From: Antedon mediterranea
Taxonomy: Eukaryota > Animalia > Echinodermata
Assembly (NCBI RefSeq): GCF_964355755.1
Contig: NC_092672.1
Location: 27,286,437-27,350,436 of the forward strand
Direction of reading: 5' to 3'
Length of the DNA stretch: 64,000 bases
The position numbers and the translations under genes are program-made. Of the stretch, positions 40,601 to 52,600 are shown in pieces. Each line of letters starts with the position of its first letter. Position 1 is the first letter of the stretch. Under the pieces are notes generated by a model, which searched no databases, was not told the DNA's origin, and worked only from the letters and a program-made list of their open reading frames with translations.

Positions 40601-43600
40601 TATTGTAGTGTTCCAACGCTCATGTCCTTAGCTCAAATCAGTATGTCTGGGAATTTCCGGTTCTGTTACATGTTTGTCTAAAGGCTTAAATATATTCTGT
40701 TTAATGACATTTTATATTTTAATAATCTTTGTTTCTTCCAACAGAACCACAAAATTAGCATCATTTCCAGATTACCTTTTGATACAGCTTAGGAAGTTTA
40801 CATTAGGTGATGACTGGGTGCCAAAGAAACTAGGTCAGTTAACAAACACTCTTTAATTAGGCAACTAGTAAACCTAATAACCTATAATCTTCAAGTCTAA
40901 TATTTGTATCCAGGAGGTTTATTGATAAATGTAAAGGCCAATTTACACAACCGAGCAGTAATGATAATTGGAAAACCGCATTGAATCTGTAATTATCCTC
41001 AGCAGGTTTCCTCTCAATTGCCCATTGTGTAAATGGTTATTCTATTTTCAGTTTTCTGCTTACCGTTATTGCTTGTCTGTGTAAATTGGCCTCAAGTGCA
41101 AACAGAACTGAGAGTCCTTCCATAAATATCTAGTTCTACTCTTTCACTGAGTACTGTACACATTCTGCCAAATGTAATTAAACGTTGAGAAGCATTGACT
41201 GTCTTACACATAATTATTTACATTTTGTTAATAGATGTGTCAGTTGATATGCCAGATGACCTTGATTTGACCTCAATACGTGGTGTAGGTTTGCAACCTG
41301 GTGAAGTTGAGTTACCTGAAGGCGATAAACCAGAGCCTAGTAAGTTTATTAATTGCAAAGATTCTTAGGTTAGAAATTGTGACATAATTTGAAGGTAGAT
41401 ATGGTACAAGATACTGGTGGTGGTGTGGTTGTGACCAAACAATGGTTGTGGTGAGTTTATTGATTTAGTTTAGAGGTACAGTAGAATGGAACAGTAGTGA
41501 TGGGTATAATGCTGTGTGTGCTGATAAAACTAATGGTTGTGGTGCGGTTATTGAGTTAGGTGGTATAATGGTAGTGACAGGTATAATCGTACAAGATACT
41601 GATGGTGATTACCAAAGGATGGTTATAATGAGATATTTTATTTAGAAGTGGTATGGTAGTGACAGGTATGGTACAAGATACTGGTGATGATGACCATAAT
41701 ATGGTTGTGGTGAGGTTATTGATTTACTTTAGAGGTGTCATTGGTAGTAACAGGTGTGGTACCAGACACTGGTGTTGGTAACTTACAGATGTTCAAACTG
41801 ATTGTGAAAGTGAAACTTATAGTTCTGGTGAGGATTTACCATAGTTTAGAGGTGTTGTAGTGGTGATGGGTATGGTACAATCTGGTTGTGGTAACCAATG
41901 GTTGTGGTGAGTTTACTAATTTTGTTTAGAGGTTGTGATTGTAGTGATACAGTATCAAGATACTGGTTTGGTGACCAAAGCAATGGTTGCGAGGATGTCA
42001 ATGGGTGTAGAAGTGCAGATGATATTAAGTTGGTGGTTGTTATGTTAGTGGCAATTGGAAAAATAGTTATATAAAAATGGATAACCACTAAATTTAATTT
42101 GTGAATGTTTGTATTACAGAAATAGAGATAAATGAAGAGTTTGTGGTGCAATTAGTGTCAATGGGATTTGACTATGAAGGGTGCAAGAAGGCTGTGTATC
42201 ATACAAAGAATCAAGGTGTAGAGCCAGCTATGAACTGGGTACTTGAACACATGGCAGATCCTGGTATGTATACTATTAATGGGACACTTCCGGGACCCAA
42301 CAAAGGGTCCCTTGAATAGAATGGCGTGGTGTTTGAGGAGAAATTTCTCCTAGACATAGCTTAAGGAAGGGGTCAGTCATACTGTATGTTATAACTGTGA
42401 CAGATCCAGAGAGGTTTTTTTTTCAGATTTCAGATTTTGATGTTAGCCCAAAAATGCTGATTCCCAGCACTTTTTATAAATGAGCTTCTGTTTTATTCAG
42501 ATTTTGCAACACCCCTTCAACTAGGAGGAGCAAAGAAAAAAGATGATAGTGGATTCACAGCAAGCGCAGAGGGTATTATGATGATAGAATCAATGGGATT
42601 TACGAGGGAACAGGCCACCAAAGCACTCAAAGCTACTGTAAGTTACCATATTGTACACACTTGCCCCATTGGCTAGTACTGTCAGGGAAAAATTTCATTT
42701 GAAAATTTTGTTTAGCAAAATTGCTAATCAAACTGATTTTTTAGTCAAGAAAGATAGTTTTGTATTGTATTTTTTGCTACACAATTGTAGAAATGTGTAG
42801 CAAAAAGGTTGTTTTGTATAGCTTTTTGCTATGCTACACTGGCGAAATTATTCCCTGACTGTACTTACCTACAGTATGTGCCTAGCCCATTAGCTACAAA
42901 GAATTATATGTTTGTAGCCCAGAGTAAGATTTACATGGGAACAGGCCGTCAAGGTACTCCAAACTACTTTAATTTATCTATAATAATGTTTAGCCCATTA
43001 GTTACGAAGAATATTAGGTTTTGTACAGTAGCCCAGAGAGAAGTTTGCATTGAACATACCGAAGTGCTTAAATCTGTAAGTTATCATTAACCCACTAGCC
43101 TTGAGCTGGTAACATAGCCCATTTATTTATTTTTTGAAGATACATTTATAGAGCAACAAGGTTGAATGAAAGTTAATTTAATTATTTTTAGAGTAATAAT
43201 GTTGAGCGTGCAGCTGATTGGATATTCAGCCATCTGGATGAGTTGAACTCTGAACCCATGGAAACAGGTGAAGCTGCTGGGGCATCAGATCAACCTGCAG
43301 TTAGAGATGGATCAGGGAGTAAGTAAAACCACAAATAAACTAACCCTGCACCCTGCTATGCTTTACTCTGCTCAGACTTCAATAAGTCTTCAAACATGTC
43401 AAGGCTCTTGTAAATTCCAACCAAGACAATCCCTGTATTGCCTCAATCTGCCATGACTTGCTAAGTCTCAACATTTTAAGCCTAACCCTATCAATCCCTT
43501 TATTGCCCTATCCAAATATCAATCTGTCGAGCCTTTGCCTAACCTGGTCTTGCCAAGCCTCAACTCTGTCAAGTCTCGTGGCACACCCTCCCAGGGAATC

Positions 43601-46600
43601 ACCCTTCCAGGCCATGGATGCATCAGACCAAACTCTGTCAAGCCCAACTTTGCTAATCTACTGTCAAAGAAAAAAATACCATTCTGTTAAGTCTTGCTAC
43701 AGTGTGGCTTTCTCCAGGTTATTACTTGTTTTTATTTTAATCAGAATACAAGTTGGTCGCATTTATAAGTCACATGGGAACTTCAACATCATGTGGTCAC
43801 TACGTCTGTCATATCAAGAAAGATGGAAGGTTAGTAATTATACACAACACATTGTTGACTTATAATAGTAGGTTTCTTTTCGACTTTCCTAATGTTATCT
43901 TTAACTTTTTTACTTATGAATACAGGGACAATGTTTTTGTTTATCTTGTGACTTAGTTGGCATAGTTGTCGCTTGACGGAGTTCGCAGATTTCTGATCTT
44001 TGAATGGCAGGATGATTCGCAGGATGATTCAAAGATCAGAAATCTGCGAACTCCGTCAATTATGTTATTGTGTATAAATTTAAATGTGACTTGTGCGATG
44101 CAAGTTATGTTGGATATACATGCCGACACCTCTACCAACGCATTGTTGAACATAGTAGATGCTTACATGCCGAAACTTTCCCTCTTACCACTCTACCCGT
44201 CAAATGATGCTTTAGACGGGTACTCTAACCAGGTTTTGCCTGAGACTAATCGATCTAATCGCATTAAACATCAAAAGCCTAGGCCGCGCGACCTTACGAA
44301 GTGGCAATAAATCACTGGGATAATGTGTCCGATCAAATTTCTCCCTCATGGTCAAATGAAGTGACTGAATGTTTGAAAATGTGTTTTTCTATAAAATAAT
44401 AATAATACCATTTGTTTAACCATGAATAAAAAGAAAAAGTAATATAACAGCAATTTCAAATCGTAAAAATTGATTAATTCTACGCGAAGTTAGAATTCGT
44501 TGAAAAATCACGATTTCCAGGCTGTGGAGAAAATCGAGCCGGCCAGAGACGACACACGAGGTCTTGGCGTATGAATATTTTACAAGCGTGGTACAGTGAT
44601 TTGTTTTTGAATTATCATATAATATTTATGATAAAATGTGTTTAAAAACAATACTGTATGTAGTTTTTAATACCTTTAAGATGTATTAAAATATAATATA
44701 GAACAATTAATTGTGTTTATAGTAATATACGTCACTACTTTATTGTAGCGTAGGTATTATGTTGGTACAAAAACAATGTCGTCATCATATAAACAAACAA
44801 ACGAGGGGTCGCGATGAGCTTTCCATGTACAGTATTTTGAAAATAACGCCGAAAGCCGGCCAAGACGATGGTCATTTATGTTTTGGTTCGCCTAGGGGTA
44901 GGACATGAGTTGCTAATTTTTAAAAACAACAATGGCAGAAAATATAAGTGTTGGCAGTCGAATACAAGCCATCGACATTTTAGGAAGATGGGAAAACGGA
45001 CGCGTACTCTCTTGTGAAGTGCCTAGGCCTAGTACAAGTAGTAGTAGCAGCAGCACTACTACTACGCTAGTGTCATTTACAGGCTGGTCATCAAAATGGA
45101 ACAGAGAGGTGTTACCCCATCAAATAAGAAAACCAGTTGAACCATTCGCTAAACGTAAGTAAATACGATCGTTCAATATTGATTTATTACATTGCACAAC
45201 GGATTTTCCCAAGAAAATATGTTTTTGCCAAGGCTAGGCCTAGTAGTAATTGTGCTTGTGAGGGTTTGTGAGTCGAAGCATCCATATAAAATGACATGCT
45301 AATTTAGGCTAAGCCTAGCCCTAGCCTAGGTATACTCACTCGCTCGAGTATGTGTGGCGTAAACAAAAACTTATTTAACACATTTTGTTATTAATATTTG
45401 TAACTTAAAACACTTTCTAATCCGATATTTAACCTAGGCCTAGTAGGGGTTCCACGTATGGACTACCATGTATCTCCGTTAGATGTTCGTAGGCTACGAT
45501 ATGATGGATTAAAATAGTACATAATTACAATCGACCTTAGCCAACAAGGCCGGCCAAGCCTATAATACCGATCGTGCATTTCATGCAGAGAAGTCGTTTC
45601 GTCCTAGTTAGATAAGATAGAGTGACTATTGACATGAAGAGATATTTTTTAGAGAAGGCTTTGGTATTTGTTTAGTTATTATTAAATAATATAATAAATT
45701 TATGATATCTTTAATATATTCTTTATCTTAATGTACAATTAGCGACACCCAATAATAGCTACTACAGTAACTCTCTTATCTCACAAGTGTTTATAATTTT
45801 TATGGAAATGGAATTCTGCCTGTTCATGTTTTTTAATATTTAATTTAGGCATAAAATTAGTGCAAATAAATTGTTTATAATATTAATTTGTATTTTAATT
45901 TCTCAGGGCTACCAGAAAATTCTAGACGAATTTGCCAAAAATCTAGTAAACAACAACTTTCTCTTCTACAAACTTTGACATCTGAGGACAAAGTTATTGT
46001 ACATGGAACGTCGGTACAAGTAAAAGAAGTGGATAAGTTCACGCATTCTTTAATTGTGGTTACTGAAGGTGGTGAATGCCAAAAGATTAACATAACGGAT
46101 ATAGAAATAGAAAATGAAAAGGATGCAACAGGTATTTATTTTTTGTCATTAAAATTGGATTGTTTTCAATTTTTCTGTAATTCAGAAAATGAATTTTAAT
46201 TATGCACTTTTTTTTCTTATTATTTTTGTGTTTTATAATATTGGAATTTGCTGATAAAAATAAATGTGTGTTTTACAGTTTCAATATCCTGTTGATATAT
46301 TTGTAACTTAAATAATTATTTTACTGCAAAAATGGTTAGGCAACCACAACATAATTGCTTACATACAGTATTATGTAATATCTATTAAACAATAGATCAA
46401 AGAGTTAATTCTTGATTTGATGTAAAATCAATTACTGTCAATCTAAGACTATTTTGCAATGTTTACCCTACATAAGCAAAGTTCAACCCACTGATAATAA
46501 TGTGATTTTGCATTCAATCATTATTGAATTTACTGGTACATTGTTTATTGGAAGGGAAGTAGTGAATAACTATTATTTTGTTGTCCTAATATGCTTGCTT

Positions 46601-49600
46601 GTGCTAAATTAATTTGTGTAGAAAGTTTAATTTTGAAGCATAATGGCTTAAATTGTTTGGATAATAATTGTCTGAATGACTAGACTAATAAGAATTCTGT
46701 AACCATTATTTAAATAATATAATTTATACATGTATTATATAAAATATTAAAAGTTTGATAATTAAAAAAGCAAACTAACATTTTAAATATTTTATTTTAG
46801 ACACACAGGTTGTCCGGAAAACAAAGAAACAAAAGACTTGTGCAGTTGTTTATGAGCCACAGAATAAAGATGTTCAAACAGATTTATGGGTAAGTCTTAA
46901 ACAGAAATATATTTTTTTAATAATTGTAATTATTCCTGATGATGATAAAATAAAGATCAAAACATTTTAATTAAGAATATTAGGATTAATATTATTATGC
47001 ACTTTTTATACATTATTTTTTTGTTTTATAATATTAGAATTTGCTGATAAAAAAATAAATGTGTGTATTACAGTTTCAATATCCTGTTAATAATTATATT
47101 TGTAACTTAAATAATTATTTTACTGCAAAAATCATGACATAATTGCTTACATATTACTGTATGTAATATCTATTAAACAATAGATCAAAGAGTTAAGTCT
47201 TGATTTAAAAAATCAATTACTGTCAATCTAAGACTAATTTGCAATGTTTACCCTACATAAGCAAAGGTCAATCCACCGATAATAATGGATGTGCATTGGA
47301 AGGAAGTAAACTGTTATTTTAAAATTGTACATAAATGAGTGATTTTTTTTCTTGCTTTTGTCCAGTTACCAGCATCTGTGGAGTCCAATGACTCATGCGT
47401 TGATGAAATGCTTGGATTTGAAGTTGGGGAAATATACAAGGTAAAATTACTTTTAAGAATATATAATCTGCTCTAAAAAAATTGAAAATAAGCCTCAAAA
47501 TTGCAAAAATGTAAAAGTGTGCTTGTTTAGAAATAACTAGAAATTACCATTACATTAACAAAATATAATTTTTTTTTTTCAGATGAAGGGTAGTGACACA
47601 ATTTTAGCAATAACAAAACTGGATCTATTCAACAGGCAAATCCAAGGTAATCTAATAATCAATGATGTGCTGGATCATCAATCAACCGTCATTGCTCCAG
47701 TTGACAGGTTAGAGAAAAAAGTACAACTAAATGTTTCAGCAACTGACAAACATTTTTTAAATGATGTAAAAATATCAGCAAAGCAACAAATGCTGAATAA
47801 CCTCAATAATATCAGTTATCGTATTCAGTATCGAAAGATACAAGTGACAGGTTTGCTCAAATCAGAGGTTAAAACCATTTTAAACCGAAGAATTAGAGCC
47901 ATGAATAATTTTAATTTAGGTCCTATTACGCCTGATGTTGACTGTAAAATGTTTAATTTTGATTTTGCCAAGGGAAATACATCTGTTAAGTATAACTACA
48001 AAAACCAAAATCTTAATGCTCTAGATGAAGTTCTGGGAAGTTCCTGGGACATAGAATCATTTGATAATGGTGTAATGTATGTAACCTGTTTATCAATACA
48101 CTTAAATAAAAGAAAATACCTTGTAGGTTCAGTGGCTGTTGCCCATCATCATGGTCCTTTAGCACCAAATAGCTTTTACAGGGATCAACTAAGTCACCAT
48201 ATGACAGTTGTAAGTAAGTGTGTGGCAGAATAAACTCTAAAATAAAGCAATCTATCAAAAATCTTTTTATTTATGAAACTGGTGTAGATTGGCTGCCAAC
48301 ACTTATAATTTCTGTCATGTTGTGCTTAGTTTCATAATATAATGGATAAGGTTATACATTTTTCTAATGGATTGTTATGCAAGAAACACCATCATGGTGC
48401 TTCTTGTAGTGTTGATTGCCTTTTAGAAATCTTTTATTGGGGTGTATTTCCATACACAAAAAAATTGTTTTTTAATCATCCTCTTCTTCTTAGGTTATTA
48501 AGTGTTTGTCAATTAAGAAAAACGTTTCCACTATCCGCTCCACTACCTTGTAATATTCGTGAGCCAGTATGGGATTGGCTAGTAGACAATTTGCCAAATG
48601 GATTTGGACCAAAAGGAACAAATCATGCCGAAATCATTCAGGCCTTCGATTGTTTAACTGATACATCATTTCTCACAACATTTGCAAGCAAACAACAATG
48701 TCAAAATTGTAGTAGTACAATTAACATTACCTCGCAATGCAATCCAGTTTTTCTTTATTCTCAAAGTTTTAATGAAAAGTATCCGAGACAGTTCAGTAGT
48801 TGTGTTGAGAAGCTAATAAAGCAATCTTTATCACATCGGGTAAGAGATTGCTTTAACTGTAATTCATGTAACAAACAAATCCTAGAACTTAAAGGACAGT
48901 GTCTAATGCCTGAATTCCTTATACTAAATCTGGGACTAAAGGAATGGCAAAACTGCCAAAAGCCACCAGTAGTTGTGCCGGAGACAACAAATATACACGG
49001 TTCTAATTACATTTTAACATCAGCAGTTCAAATGGAACCAGGCCACTTCATCTCAATATGTAAAACAACTGCAGGATATTCTGTTATCAATGATATGTCT
49101 AAATCTATTGTAACTTACAATACCTTCGCAGCTGCGGCAAATAGAAATCCACAAATTCTTGGTACCTCTGAACCTATTGCTAGTTCAGATGGCATTGGTC
49201 AAAAGGGAGGAATTCATATGCTTGTTTATGCAAAGCTTTCTACAAATCACCTACCTGCTTTTGTATTTAAACCTAAAAATAAAGTAGAAGAAAATTTATC
49301 AGGGAATGTACAAAAAGATAAAGGCCATATGACAGATCTAAACGATAATTTACAATCAACAAATGACTCTATTACTAGCCCATTATCTGATACATGCACT
49401 CCTAAAATTGTGAAAAAAAGAAGTATTAGTCCAACAAGTCAAAAAACAAACATACAAACAAAAAAAGTTAAGCAAGGAAAAGAAAACAAAAATGTGTGTA
49501 GCAGCACTCCTCTATCTACTAGGATGAGCAAACCAGCAAAAAGAGACATTTTAAAAGACATTAAAGTGCCCGTCTTTGACAGTGTCGCTAACATTAAAGT

Positions 49601-52600
49601 TGATAAAATTAAAAAATCTTCTCCAAAGTTGATTGGCATACAAATTCCAAAAAACAGCATTGTAGAAATTGGCTTTAAAACAATTTGTTCGAAAGACTTG
49701 CCATTCACACTGTATAAGTCTCGTGTATTTTTTAGTTGTCCAGAAACCTTTCAGTTGTTAGGACAAACAAAGGAAATATCCCGTCAGGGATATGCTAAAC
49801 ATGACAGAATATTGGAGGCAAATGGGCTCAATCCAACCGAGTTGTTTCTTTCACATGGACGACAGAGAAAATGGATAGACAAAGAAGCATTAATGGTAAT
49901 TTTAAAGCATTGCTCTTTCAAAAGGCAGAATCTAATTAATCTGATTAAGACAGAGTTACAAGATAAATTTAAAAAGACAAGATTTTCGGAAAGAAATGAA
50001 TCGGTCACTGTGAACTGTAACACTAAAAGTTCCCTGTCAGATGAAAAAATAGTGTTTCATAATTGTACAAGTAATACACAACAAAACAAGGCAAGTAACG
50101 TAGCAAAAATGTCTGAAAAAAATGAATCGGTCACTGTGAACTGTAACACCAAAAGTTCCCTATTAGATGATTCTGAAAAAATAATGTACGATAATTGTAC
50201 AAGTAATAGTATTACGCAACAAACTACTACCAGTATTGGAAAAAAGCATTCTAAAAAAAATGACGCAACTGTGAACTCTAAAACTAGAAGTTCCCTATTA
50301 GATGAAAAAATAATGTATGATAATTGTGCAAGTAATAGTAATACGCAACAAGGTACTCGTAACGTGGGAGAAATGTCCCCAGAAAAAGACTCCGTCACTG
50401 TGACCTCAAAAACCAAAATTCCACTAAAGGCTGAAGTTGAAAAGTGTCAAGTGAACACCAAAAACAAGCCGGATATATCTGAAACAAATTATTCTGTTAC
50501 TGAAAAATCAAAAAATAAATGTACAATAACAGAAAACCAAACTTGTAACTTACCAAATATGACAAAAATAAATAGTCCTATAATTACAAGAGTCTCAGAC
50601 GATAAAATCTGCCAGATGAAAAATACCGAGGTTATAAATTGCTCAAAAAATGTTGATATTACAACAAAAGAAATCAAGACCAGTAGATTGCCAAATGTGT
50701 CAGAAAAAAATTTCTCATCTACTTGGCCTATAAATGTTGGGACATTAATCATTAATGGAAATAATGTGAGATATGCATTAAACATGGATAAAAATGATAT
50801 TTATTTATCAACAGATGACATATTTTCTGCTGTAGGTTTACTTAAGCATGTCAAAAAGGAAGGCTTTAAAACAATTGATCGACATCTTCTAAATGAAGGG
50901 CTTGACCCAAAATCTTGTTTTACACTCAATGGTATAAAACGAAATTATATTACTGTACATGCTGTTTACGTTTTAATATCATCCTTCTCAAGTAAAACAA
51001 TTTCTGTTGACAAAAAAAAGTCACTGTGCACTGATTTAGTACTAACATTACAAAATGTTGTAATTAAACTGTTAAACAGCAATAAGCCAAAAGAAAATGA
51101 TGGTATGCTGCAAATTAACAGCAAAGAGAAACTACTGGAGTGCTTGTCGAGCATGATCAGTTGTACGAAAGCTAAAAATCACCAACAATTTACAGCTGAT
51201 GATATTACTACATCACTGTATAGAGCAACAATTCAATCTAAAAAAGGTTCTAAAATAGTTAGAGAAACTGTAACAAATTTGTATTCAGCAATAAATCCTC
51301 TATATGCTGAAGATATAATTCATTGCCGTGAAAACTTCAGTGGTGTAAGATTGTTTCATAGGCTACGCAAATTACTTCCTGGCATTTTACCATCTAACAG
51401 AAATATTTTGGAAACATCTGCAAAATTAAATCAAAGCATGAGAGCAGTTTTATGTCCTCGTAGAACATCAACAGGATGGTACATTGATCCTGTTCGATTG
51501 GTTGAAATATTATTATTTAGATATCCTTTTTTAGAAAATAAATTGCACATCAAAATACAAGGTGATGCAGCAAAGATGGGTGGTCGTCATGTAACATATA
51601 TAGGGATATCCTTTATCAACCATGAATTTAAACTACAAAATCTTTCTTATCAAAACCCCAAAGAGATATATCCTGTCGCATTGTTTTATGAAAGCGATAG
51701 CCGTGATAATTTAGAGGAAAATTTGAAACACCCCTTCATGAATCGGTTATTAAATATTTCACATCCAAATTCACAATTTTACTTGGGTGGCGATGAAATG
51801 TTCATCCAAAGTATTCTTGATGATGAGTCCGTATTAGGACCAACCACAGAATCCGGATGGAACATCTACCACAAATGTGATAAACAATCAAAAAAAGATG
51901 TGTCAAACAATGGAATGAGAACGGATTTAGATGTCCCTATGGATCGTGTACATCCATCTAACCTACTGTCAGATATACCATTAGCTCGGGTATTTCCATG
52001 TATTCTACACTGGATCTCGCGATGCACAGAAAAACTTCTAACAATTGAGGTGGAACAAATTATCTCACTAGGAAATAAGTTATCGCAAGGCAACAAAAAC
52101 AGTACAAATTTTGAAGACCTCTTACGGAATTTAGAATCTAATATTACTTTAAGAGGGTTGCCTAATTTTCGAATTTCTCTAGATAAAAATGGGAAGGTAG
52201 AGAAAATATCTCTTAATAAAGATCATGCATTAACAATATTATGTCCAAACCCTCCTGGAAAACAAACTTACCAACATGTGTTAGAAAATGTAGTTCCTAA
52301 AAATAAAATTACTAATCCTCTACCATTCAATATTAGACAGTTTTTGAAATTAGATTATGATTTTACAGAACTTGAGTGCGTGAAAATGATTTGGCAAAGT
52401 TTGTACACGATGTTTGAAATTTTACAAAAGGAACCCAAGCCACAAATTAAACAAGATTGTATAGAAGGAACTTTAAAGCCTTGTGATTATGTATGGGGAT
52501 ATACAGAGCTACAAAAAAGTACATACAAATTTCATGCAGAAAGGTTGTACCAGCTTGTAACGATCCGTTATGGCTGGAAAAACATTACACCATACATGAT

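Noticed and set aside
48342-49240. Element's USP domain as a captured piece or alternative exon of host USP5
   Set aside because: No visible similarity beyond generic catalytic motifs; it is intronless and lies inside the TIRs.
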